A stretch of 63,114 nucleotides of DNA, filler included, from Lophium mytilinum (Eukaryota): assembly GCA_010093605.1 (NCBI GenBank). It is 6 parts of 3 records of this genome, joined end to end, with 100 filler letters (N's around TTAATTAATTAA, not from the genome) between each part and the next. Parts side by side here need not be neighbours in the genome. Positions count along the whole stretch, not along the records: positions 50,604 to 61,013 come from MU004188.1; positions 61,114 to 63,114 come from MU004188.1; 4 more parts are not named here. One strand, 5' to 3'. A model generated the notes under the pieces. It was not told where the DNA came from. It saw nothing but the letters and a program-made list of their open reading frames with translations, and did no database searches. The position numbers and the translations under genes were made by a program. Of this stretch, positions 52,101 through 63,114 are shown one piece after another. Positions within the stretch are counted from its first letter, which is position 1, and each line of letters opens with the position of its first letter.

Positions 52101-52523
52101 AAGGTTAATTTTCTCTATATTAAACTTGCTTCTCTCTACCTAACTCTAACCCTCTAGCCCCTATAATATATAATTATTATTAAGTAGTATAGCTTAGCTT
52201 CTATATAAATCTAAATAGACTATATCTACTTAGTATATCTAGTATTAGCCTAGCGCTATTATAGTATATACTAGTACTACTTAAAATATTCTAAGTATTA
52301 TTAGTATATATAAAAATAAAGATATATATTTAATATTTAAATAGCCTAACCCTTATTAAATTAGCGTCCCTATATAAAATATACGCTAGTAATACTAAAT
52401 TATATAGAGAACTCTTAGAAACTAACCCTTTTTATTACTACTGTTGTTTACTACCGTTATTTACTACTATTACCTAATGATACTAGTAATAATATTATTA
52501 CTAGCTACCATTGTCATTACAGT

Positions 52524-55500
52524 TAGGCTTCTTTTTTGCGCCTTAGCGCTTCTAACTCTTATTAGTATTACTAGAGAATATAGTCTTTAAGGTTAGCTAT
52601 AAGGTTTTTTTTATAAATTCTAGCGGGTTATCTAAGTTACTACTATAGTTGCTGTTATACTTAAAGGTAACTTTAGATAGCGTAGTAGTAAAATCCGGGT
52701 AATTATTAAGATACTCTCTATTTTACTTATTAGTTTTAGACGGGACGTTCTCTATATTAATGTTAGGGGTTTTAATATTCTTCTTATTCTACTTATTACT
52801 CTTAGTCTAGTTATTATTTATATTAATATTAGCTTTTAGTAGTAAATAAAAAACTAGATTATCTATAGAATTCTATAAGAAAATAGTAGAAATTCTACGC
52901 TACCTCTTCTTTTATATATTAGGTAATAGGATAGGGTCTATAGAAGGGGTTCTAATAAGGCGTCTATTAAAGATACTAAGAGGGCTAAAAGGTAGAGTTA
53001 AAGTAGATTAATAGGCAGAAGTAGAAGCTGCTATAATAGTTAGTATTTAAGTAAAATAATAGGTAATACTAAAGGGCCCTAGTAAAAAGGCTTTCTAAAA
53101 AGGTTCTAGAATAAATTCTTACCTATATACTTTATAAGAAATAAAGTATTATTCTTATACTCTTTACCTTTAGAGTTATTACTATTTAGCCTACTAAAAG
53201 GGTTATCGCCGTCTATATTACTAAAAATAGCGTCTACTTAATATAAAAGATTATACTCTAGCCTATATTAATAGATAAAAGGGCTATAAGCCTATCTAGT
53301 AGCGCTCTTTATAGGGGTAGATATATTAGATTTAGTAGAATCTAAGTCTTTAACTATAATAGTAGACTTAGAGTTAGGCTTATACTTTTTAATAGTAGCT
53401 GCTAGTATAGTACTAGCTTTATACTTCTACTTTAAAGCTTTACTATTTTATTACTCTAGTATCTTTAGCTTTAGCTTTAGGGTGGCTTTTACTATAAAAT
53501 ATAGATTAGTAAAGTATAAAGAGGTAAGTAGGGCTCTAGTAGAAAGCCTTTCTACTAGAATCTATAAGGGCGAACTTACTACTTATAGAATAATACTTAA
53601 GCCTTAAATCTAGCTTATTAACACGCGGTTTTTTAGGTGCTCTACTTATATCCTTCTTCTACTCTTCTTTTAATTCTAATTTAGTAAATTTATACGCTTA
53701 TTCTTCTTAAAACTTATTACTAAACCTACTAGACTAAAAAGTTATATTACCTTATATAAGGGTTATTAGAAATATAAGAATATTTTATAGAGAGTTAAAG
53801 CGCTTAATATATAATTCTACTAGTATATTTAAAATATCTATTTTACCTATAATAAGGCGGGGTGTAATACTCTTATTATTATAGGTTACCTATATATACT
53901 AGCTATCTAGGGTTAGCTTTTCCTTAGAGGTTCCCTCTACCTTAATCTAGTTAGTATTTAATATAGTAGTAAGACTAGAAAGCGCTATCTATACCTAGCA
54001 TAAGAGAGTAAAGGCATTAAATATATTCTAGATAAAGAACGCGGTTACTATAATAGTAAACTTCTACCTAATTCTATATAAACGCGCTATTACCTACTTC
54101 TTAATCTAAATAGAGCCGGTAGGGTTAAAAAGATATATATTATAATAAGTAGACTATAGATTAAGCCTAGCTCTATTAGCCTAGTAACTAGTAATAAGAA
54201 TCTTTACTTTAGAGTTAGAGTTATTAAATAATAAGATAAGGTTATTCTAGTTAGTAGTAGAGAGATTAGAGGCTAATATATAAGTATCTATTTTATAATA
54301 GTTAATAATTTTAGTAAGAATTATTTACTTATCTAGGTAGTTAGTCTAGATAATAACCTTCTCTATACGCTTAATAACGTTATTAGCTAAATAGTATAGT
54401 AGTATAGCTACTTTAGGGGCATTATAGATAAAAAGGGTAATAATATAATAAAAGAGTATAGACTTTACTTTAAAGTCTTTCTAATTAGGGTTAGTTTAGA
54501 TATTCTTATTCTAGGTAACTTACTTTATTATGCCTTATAAAACGTCTATTTCCTTTAACTAGTAACCGCTATTATTCTTAAGAAGAATAATTTTTGGGCC
54601 GTTCTTAATCTTATTACCTTCTAAATCTAAGACCTTCTCTTGCAGATATACTATTATAGCGCGCTTAGAGTAGACTAAAAATAGTGCAGTGCTTATAAGG
54701 TTAAGGGTATAAATAGAGTATATATTAAATGTATAGATATACTAGCCTACGCAGTTCTTAGTAGAAACTATTAATAACTTAAGGTAGGCTAGTAATTTAT
54801 TAGTATAGATAATATAGCCTAGTTTTATAGGCTATAGCTTAATTACTTGCGTAACTAACTGCGGAAGTAATTCTCTAATTTAGGTAGTAGAATTAGTAGA
54901 ATTATTTAGGTATATAGAAGGGTATAAGTAAGTAATTATATACTTACTAAAAATTAAGCGTAAATAAAGTCCCTATATAATTCTAGAGAAATGTTAGAAA
55001 ATTAAAGTAAATAAAAGAAGAGATAAGGGCCCTAGCTAGAAGCCTTCCTGCTAGGGCCCTTTATATAATAACTTACGGGTTAAATAAAGGTAGAATAAAA
55101 TTTTTAAAAGCCTTATATATATACTAGAAAATTATACCTAAATAGTTATTAGAAAGCTTAAACGGATTATTAGTACCTGGAATAAACTTAGCTTTACTAG
55201 GTTTTAAGCGGTACGTGTAGAATTATAGATGCTTATCTCTTAGTTCTATAAAAGATATATAAGTAGGCATATTAGTAATACCTATATATAGCGGGGTCCT
55301 ACTATAGAGTATAGTAAAGTCTAAGTAAAGCTATAAAGTAGTTAGGTAGAGGTTTACTTAATTACTTTTAATAAGCTAGTACTTATCTATAAATTAGATA
55401 TTAAAATAGCTACTTAAGAGACTAGGCTAGGTAGAGCTTAGGTAATATTTAACCTAGTTCTTTAGCTTAGTAAGATTATTATTACTATACTACTTTAATA

Positions 55501-58500
55501 CGGGCTAGAAACTGTGCTAACTAGCTATTACCTAATAGCTGGCGATTATAATACTCTTAGCATTCGCCTTATTTTTAGTATTAAATAAGGGATAGTCCCT
55601 AGTTAAGGTATTATATAGAAATATAGCGCTATAGAAAGTAACTTAGCCCTTTAATAAATAGATATAGAGCTTAAGTTTAGAACTAAACTTTATAAGTTTA
55701 TTTACTATTTAGTGTACTAAAATAGAAGGTATAAGAAAAAGAAAGGGCTTTACTAGCCTAGAGTCTTTCTTATCTATAACTTTGCGCTAGCGCTTAGCAA
55801 TAAGCTATAATTAAATTAGTAGATACTAAGAGAAACTATTAAAGGGGTAGTAGAAAGGCTTTCTATTAATACTCTTTAAAGAGAAATTACTTATATATCT
55901 AATAAGGGTAGCTATTAAAAATATCTTTCTAATACTAACCTTATCTATAATTAAAGCCCTACTAAGAAAGCCTTTCTATATAATATAGTATATATAGTAA
56001 GCCCCGGTAATCTACTACTACCTTAAGTAAATATTACTATTTATTATAATAAGGCGGGGTTCCCGATAGTTATAAATATGTAGGGCCTTTATTACTTCTT
56101 TTAGGTTATCTAGCTAATAGGCTTTATTAGTTATTAGAAGGTGGAGTGTACTCTATGTTATAAGATCTGCCGCAGTTAGTATAGTAAAGGGGATAATATT
56201 CTTTACATTAATAGCGGTAGCCCTTATATTAGCCTCTATATCTTAGGCATATTTAATACTATCTAGATTAGCGTACTTATTCTTATTAAGATCTGCAGCG
56301 CGCATATTTAGGTGCTGTTTAACGGCATATATAAAATCTTCTACTATCTTTCTAATTACCTAATATGCGTTGTATTAAAACTTTAATAAGTTCTAGTTAA
56401 TTATTGCTCTAGTGCGCTTAGTATATATAATTACTAACTTAAGCTCCTATTTTATGGTGCCGGTAATATACTTAGTGCTAGTAATATTAATATTACCTTT
56501 CTTCTTATTAACTAGGTTTATAGTAATTTCCTCTTTAGATAACCCCTAGATAGGGTTATCTGCGTTAACCTCTATATTAATGGCCGCGAGTTCCTCCTTA
56601 GTAAAATAAGAGGGCGACTGCCAACGGGGAGGCCTAGAAGGGCCTTAACGGGAAGGCTTTCTATTAATATTCTTACTACTATAAGTAATAGTTTTAGCCG
56701 GGGTCTTAGGTGCCGGTGCTAGACTAAGCTTTATTTTTTAAAGAATATTCTATATCTTAATTTAGTNNNNNNNNNNGGGGTTTCTAATAGTTATAAATGC
56801 GTAGGGCCTTTATTACTTCTTTAAGGTTATCTAGCTAATAGGCTTTATTAGTTATTAAAAGGCGGAGTGCACTCTATATTATAAGATCTACCGCGGTTAG
56901 TATAGTAAAGGGGATAATATTCTTTATATTAATAGCGGTAGCCCTTATATTAGCCTCTATATCTTAGGCATGTTTAATACTATTCTAATTAGCGTACTTA
57001 TTCTTATTAAGATCTACAGCGCGCATATTTAGGTGCTATTTAATAGTATATATAAAATCTTCTACTATCTATCTAATTACCTAATATGCGTTGTATTAAA
57101 ACTTTAATAAGTTCTAGTTAATTATTACTCTAGTGCGCTTAGCATATATAATTACTAACTTAAGCTTCTATTTTATAGTGCCGGTAATATACTTAGTACT
57201 AGTAATATTAATATTACCTTTCTTCTTATTAACTAGATTTATAGTAATTACCTCTTTAGATAACCCCTAAATAGGGTTATCTACGTTAACCTCTATATTA
57301 ATAGCCGCAAGTTCCTTCTTAGTAAAATAAGAGGGCGACTACTAATAGAGAGGCCTAGAAGGGCCTTAATAGAAAGGCTTTCTATTAATATTCTTACTAC
57401 TATAAGTAATAGTTTTAGCCGGGGTCTTAGGTACTAGTGCTAGACTAAGCTTTATTTTTTAAAGAATATTCTATATCTTAATTTAGTTCTTAATATAGAT
57501 AGTTCTACTAGCTTAAGATAGGCTACTTTTAAATTCTATATTTTTCTTTAATTTAAAGAAGATTCTAAGCGCTTTATTATTAGTAATATTAGTATAGTTA
57601 TATAAAAATCTACTAAACCGCTTCTAGTAGTAATTAAAGCATTAACTAATAAATTAAGCTACCTAATCTACGGGTTTATAGTTATCTATCTTAGGCTAAG
57701 AAGTAGTATATTACTATAGATTATATAACTTGCCAGTCTTAAAAGCGTTTAGAATAGTAGTAAAACTAGCCTCTTAATTCTAACTATATACGGCGCACTT
57801 TAGGTCTAAATACCTATTCTTATACTTATTCTAAATTGCTTAGAAATTAGGCTTAGCTAGAATTACTTTAAGTTCTACTTTTATTTAACTATAAAGCTTA
57901 GCTAACTTTATTCTACTAGTATATAGCGTGTTTACTAAGGCCTATAACTTCTCTAACTCTTTATCTTTTCTACTACTAGTAACTAGCGCTTAAAGCTTCT
58001 TCTACTCTTTATTAGAGTTCTTAGGAATATTAGAGTTATTACTATAGTTATTACTATCTAGATAAACTACTTTACTATTTACTAATATAAGCATCTCTAG
58101 ATCTATTATAGTAGCCGGCTAATTACGCTTTAAATTGCTATAGGTATTAACCCCTAATTTAGTAACTAGTAGGGAGATAGAATTTAGATTTTCTAGCACT
58201 TTAGAAGAAGTAGATTATTTCTTATAGCTATCTACTAGGTTAGTTATAGGTAATATACGCAGGAATGCAACCTTTACTACTACTTTGCTAGGGTCCCTAT
58301 TACTTAAGGTATTTATAGCTAGCCTATTAATATATTAGCTTATCTTAAATAATAAAAGAAAGAAGGCAGGTAAAGGGCTCTAGTAGAAAGGCTTTCTACT
58401 AAGACTCTTTATACTATGCCGGGTATTTTTAGTATTATTATTTTCTTAATATTTTCTACCGCCGCATTTTTAAAATTAAGGTAGACTAATCTACTAAGAC

Positions 58501-58760
58501 TAGTAAAGAGCCCTAGCAGGAAGCCTTTCTATAATAATTCTTATAATATACTTACCTTACTCTACTCTTAGAGAAATTATAATAGAATAAACCTATTAGT
58601 AGAATTAGCTATAATATAACTTAATTTTACCTGCTAGATAGTAAACTTACTAAAAGGCTTAACTGCTAGCTAAAAAGACGCCTAAAATAGGCTAATTACG
58701 GCTCTAATATAGCTAGAAAGCTGCTAACTATTATCTAGTAAGTAAGAAACTAGCGCGCAA
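52524..58760 (-). pseudogene. SNF2-family helicase relic, copy C (motifs I-VI all present)
   Basis: Motif I ~55925-55962, II ~55365-55395, III ctc tat agt agg acc ccg (~55292-55309), IV ~54340-54365, V-VI ~54060-54230. Confidence 0.88.
55027..55059. promoter_or_regulatory. Best-preserved copy of the dispersed 33-bp palindrome (function unknown)
   Basis: gggccctagctagaag-c-cttcctgctagggccc, 14 of 16 arm positions pair. It lies inside a minus-strand GTAAGT...CTAAC...TAG intron. Confidence 0.85.
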
Positions 58761-61113
58761 CTATTTTATAGGTAGCTAGATAAGTAGAAGTAATAGGGGT
58801 ATAGTAGTATAGAAGAAGAGGTTAGTATAAAAGTAAGAAAGTTAAAGCTACTAGGCGGCGGATAAGTTTATAGGCGGCCGGGCTAATAGCCGCCGGCCGC
58901 TAAGACGCTAAGCCTTTAATAGTAAACTACTTAAGTTAACTCTTAAGGTTAATATAATAGCTATATATTATATAAGATTAAAATATTGCGGGTATAAATA
59001 TATTAGTGTTTTACTTAATTTTACTAATATATAAACGTTTATAGTTAATCTATAATACTATACTATATATTACCTAGTTCTAGTAATATAGTACTACGCT
59101 AAGATAGGTTAATAGAATATCGCGCGTTATTATATAACTATTTACCTATAGTATAAGAGTCTTACTAGAAAGCCTTTCTACTAGAGCCCTTTACTACTTA
59201 TATTAAGTACTTCTATTATTACCTCTCTTTTTATATATATTACTACTATATATCTACTAGATAAGTATTTATATACTATATAAGAGCCTAGCTAGAAGCC
59301 TTTCTACTAATACTCTTTATATCTTATACTAATTACTTTACTACCTTTCTTATTAATAATTCTTCTTTATAACGCCGCCCCTACTAGTCTATCTATTAAC
59401 GCTTAAATCTATATACTTCTTAAAACTCTTCTACTTAAGCCTTATTCTTCTAGGCCTCTTACTCTAAGTTCTTTAAGTCCTCTATTTCTAAGCTATAGTT
59501 ACCTAAACTCTCTTTATACTTATACTCTTTATCTAATAACTAACTACTTATATCCCCCTNNNNNNNNNNAACCTAAGCTAAATATATTTTAGATTAACTT
59601 AACCCCTAGGGCCTATAATATTATTCTCTATTATTATTATCTTTAACTTTTCTAGGCTTCCCTAGGTTATATTCTATACTTCCTTTATAACTATATCTAT
59701 GCTAAGGTTAACTACCCCCTCTTAAGCCTATTCTTTAATATATTAGCTTAGTTAGGCTATCTTATAGTAGTAGCTATTTAGTAGTTATATATAGATCTAC
59801 TATATATTTATAATTATATCTCTTTCCCTAATATTATTTTATATATCTTTAGAGTTATTTTATTTAGCTTAACGCGTAGTTAAAATTTTATTATTATTAT
59901 ATCTTAGAAGAACCTAGAGTAATAAGGTAGCTCTCGCTTATAGATTATTAAGGAATTATTCTACTATTTTTAGTAACGCTTTATTTCTAATTATTACATT
60001 TAATCTTTATAATTTTATATAGAAGGGACTATTATTCTATTTTTAAGTTTCTACAGCTAGATCCGTAATATTAAACAGCGGCCAGACTTAATTAATCTAG
60101 CGTTTAGTTAAGTGCCTTAGATAATTTATATTACTATTTCTAGCTATATTCCGCACGTAGGCATAGCTTACTATAAGTTCTAACTTTCTATATAGCTTTA
60201 TAAGTATATTAGAATAAAGCGTAACTATAGATCTATTTAGAATACTCTTAAGAAATTAGTTGTGTAGTTCTTTACTCTCTTATTATATCTTAGTATTTCT
60301 ATCTTCTTCTATATACTATCTACTTAGAAGCTTATATATATTAGTATAGTATGCCTTAATAATAAGCGCAGCTACTTTATCTATCTATAGCGGTGCTAAT
60401 TACTAATCTTTTTATACTTTAGTTCTATTTTCGCGTTAAATAGCTAGTATATACTATACTATAATGCTATACTATAGATACTATATCTCTATATCCTCCC
60501 TAGTAAAAGATACCTAGATCTAAGCTTTAGTAAATATAGCTTAGAATTAATTTCTAAGGCCGGCTTACAGTTAATTAACACCTTAAGGGCTAAGTTATAG
60601 GGGCGTTGTTATCTAATCTAAGTACTCTAACTTTAGCTAAGCTATACTATACTTTTTAAGGGAGTCTAATAACCTAAGGCTATATAAGGTTATAGAATTC
60701 TAGGGGTCTTTTTAATTTATCTACTCTTTTTTCTATAGTATAGATAATTAAGTAGAATTACTATATCTAGTAGTAATTTGCGCAAGGTAGATATAAAGAG
60801 ATACTAAATAACTATTTACTAGCTATTTATCTAGTATTACTATATGCCTAGTATTACGCCCGGGGGTAACCTAAAGAGATAGTACCTAGAAAAGAAATAC
60901 CTAGTAATTAAGGTTTATAATAGTAAAGGTATTAACTTCTTCTATAGAAAGAACCTAGTAGGGGTAATAAGACTTACTACTATTATCTAGCCTATTCTTT
61001 ATAGTAAATTTAGNNNNNNNNNNNNNNNNNNNNNNNNNNNNNNNNNNNNNNNNNNNNTTAATTAATTAANNNNNNNNNNNNNNNNNNNNNNNNNNNNNNN
61101 NNNNNNNNNNNNN

Positions 61114-63114
61114 TATTAACCTAGTATAGAATAGAGCCTAGAGTTTTACTAGAGTATTATTATAAAAGTAGCTAAAAGACTTAATCTACTTCTAATAGTA
61201 TAGTATAGACTATTAAAGAAAGACTTAAGTACTCTTATAATCTATAAGAAGATAGTTCTCTACTCTTACTACTTACTAGTTCTTATAAGTTATCTACTCT
61301 CTATCTACCTTATACTTATTAAGTATAGTTATTACTAATATATATACTACTAATTCTACCGCGTATAAGAGGCTTAAGCAGCTAAATTAGTAATATTATA
61401 AAACTCCCTACCTAACTAGCGCCTTCTAGCTATTATCTAATTTTACGCTAGCTAAGAGAGATATAGAGTTTAACCTAGGCTACTTAATGCATATTTAATA
61501 TTACTATCTTATAGCTATTCTATAACTAGTACTTACTCTAGTAGCTATTTTCTTAATAATACTAGTACTCTTAGTAGATATCTATTAACTCTATTCTACT
61601 AGACTAGTAATATATTACTACCTAGCACTTACCTTATAGAAGGAAGTAATATACTTAAACTTAGTATCTTCTTCTATATTACCTAGATAGTACTTATCTA
61701 GAGTTAAAAGTTTTTTACTATAGCTAGTAACTATAGTAGAAAGTTAGATACTAGAAATTAGTAAGAGGTAATACTTACTTTTAATACACGCTATACTATT
61801 AGAACTAGGGAAACTAGATATAACTACTAGTACGCGCTTAAAACTATACCTACTATAAAGATTTATGCTAGCTATAAAGAATATAAAAATAATAGAAATA
61901 ATTATATATAGGCTTTAGAGTTATAGTTTAAAAAAGTAAGCTATAGTCTTTAATATATAGATATATTAAGGTTCTAGGCTAATAGAATAGCCCGCCCTCT
62001 ATTAGAACGCGTTATATACTATTAAAGAATAATAAGTACTATATACTAGCCTATAATCTAATATAATTTATAATAATTACTTATAATCTATAAGTTTCTA
62101 TATAGAGCTAACTAAATTTAACTAAAAATAGAGTATATATCTTCTACTAAATATAGATACTACTATAAGTTATTCTAAATACTTAGCGCTCTAAATAAAT
62201 ATATACTATACTATAAAAAGCTTCTTAAAATACTATAGTAGGTTCTACTTACTAATACTAGAACTACTAGATCTATAATCTAGTCTTATATACTCTATAT
62301 TATTTAGATAATAGATAGAATATTATTTAGAATACTTAGATTACTACTAGTAAGTCTACCCCTACTAGCTAACCTCTATAATAAGATAGAGTATAAGATA
62401 AATAGAATAGAGCTATATATTTCTAGTAAACTAGAAGAGTACTAGAGTCTACTTTTTATAAATAGAGGCCCTATAAGCTTAATATATAATAACCCGCTAG
62501 AGGCTACTAAATTCTATATTCTATACTAATAAGGCTAACTAATAATATTATCTATATTATTACTATAAGAGGAAGTATATTTCTCTACTAAATTAAGTAT
62601 ACCTATAGGGGCGTCTATTAGATAGGCTAATGCTAGATAGTAGATATAAGTATTATTAGAAACTGCTGTCCCCCCCGCCTATAAAGGTAGTATTAAAGCT
62701 TACTAACTAGTTACTCTATTATAGGGACTAATCCCTCTTTTATCTATTCTAATTAGTATTTAACTATATTTTTATATTATAGCTTTAGTAGATTAGCTAT
62801 ACTAAGAATAATATTAATCTACTATTTAATAATATCTACCTTAAGAGTATATTCTCTAACTTTCTTATATTTATATTAGGCAATTTATAGAATAGTAAAC
62901 TAAAGAAAATTAGATATAGTATTAGTAATACTAACTATATAGTAGAGATACTATATTTTCTAAGTAAAAAATAAAGCTTAAGTAGAGAGTAGTATCTAGT
63001 ATACTACTTTAATATAATAGTAGCTATATTATTTCTAATTAAATACCGCCCTTTCTATAATTATCTTATATTTATACTAGTTTAAGTCTATAATATAGAA
63101 GGCTAGTAGGTATA
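61114..63114. repeat. Unidentified heavily RIP-mutated sequence
   Basis: Same RIP dinucleotide signature. No obvious match elsewhere in the window and no domain recognised. Confidence 0.5.

Larger units (their letters stand above)
41485..52523 (-). repeat. Subtelomeric multi-gene repeat, copy B (least RIP-damaged; includes the centromere-proximal part of the unit)
   Basis: Aligns with copy A (offset ~34084) and copy C (offset ~12843). 48735-52523 is present only here. Continuity across the 50504-50603 gap is inferred. Confidence 0.92.
52524..61013 (-). repeat. Subtelomeric multi-gene repeat, copy C, in head-to-tail tandem with B and truncated inside the SNF2 gene tail
   Basis: Homology to copy A starts sharply at taggcttctttttt (52524 = A 5597) and runs to 61013 (= A 13374). 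56777 restarts ~710 bp back after a 10-N gap. Confidence 0.93.
96..63114. other. RIP-mutated (repeat-induced point mutation) AT-rich subtelomeric domain
   Basis: TpA strongly enriched, CpA/TpG nearly absent. Paralogous copies differ almost only by C/T and G/A transitions. Trp/Gln codons appear as TAG/TAA and catalytic DD appears as NN (YLNN at 21559-21570). Confidence 0.97.

Noticed and set aside
55950..56766. ~800 bp apparently identical to 43108-43924, then repeated in diverged form from 56777
   Set aside because: Identity between otherwise independently RIP-mutated copies, plus an overlap after a 10-N gap, indicates collapsed or misplaced reads rather than a real recent duplication (gene conversion not excluded).
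62668..62680. C-run (gtcccccccgcc) as a possible polypurine tract of a minus-strand LTR element
   Set aside because: No TG/TA-initiated LTR, partner LTR or pol motifs were found nearby.

Overview
Left end of a fungal chromosome. It opens with a (CCCTAA)n telomere (1-95), followed by ~63 kb of AT-rich subtelomere saturated with RIP-type C>T/G>A mutation (extreme TpA excess, CpA/TpG nearly absent), which points to a filamentous ascomycete. No intact gene is visible, and the four supplied ORFs look like antisense or chance frames. Reversing RIP by hand and comparing repeat copies reveals five things. (i) A telomere-abutting array of 60-bp units, each carrying a ~30-bp palindrome. (ii) A large multi-gene subtelomeric repeat in three copies (A ~4799-14574, B 41485-52523, C 52524-61013) with all genes on the minus strand, pointing to the telomere. 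It encodes a spliced SNF2/SWI2-family helicase (not the usual RecQ telomere-linked helicase), a long AT-hook-initiated unknown protein and a tandem-repeat protein. (iii) A 33-bp palindrome, reconstructed as GGGCCCTGGCAGGAAG-S-CTTCCTGCCAGGGCCC, at 13 non-homologous sites of this repeat, mostly one per spliceosomal intron and otherwise in non-coding flanks; this is the most striking unexplained signal. (iv) A second, divergent SNF2-like helicase relic (~36850-38717). (v) Two nested chromodomain Ty3/Gypsy retrotransposons with exact LTRs and TSDs, plus the 5' half of a Tad1-like LINE. All protein calls come from manual translation with RIP reversal, not database searches. Gene boundaries are approximate and several N-gaps break continuity.
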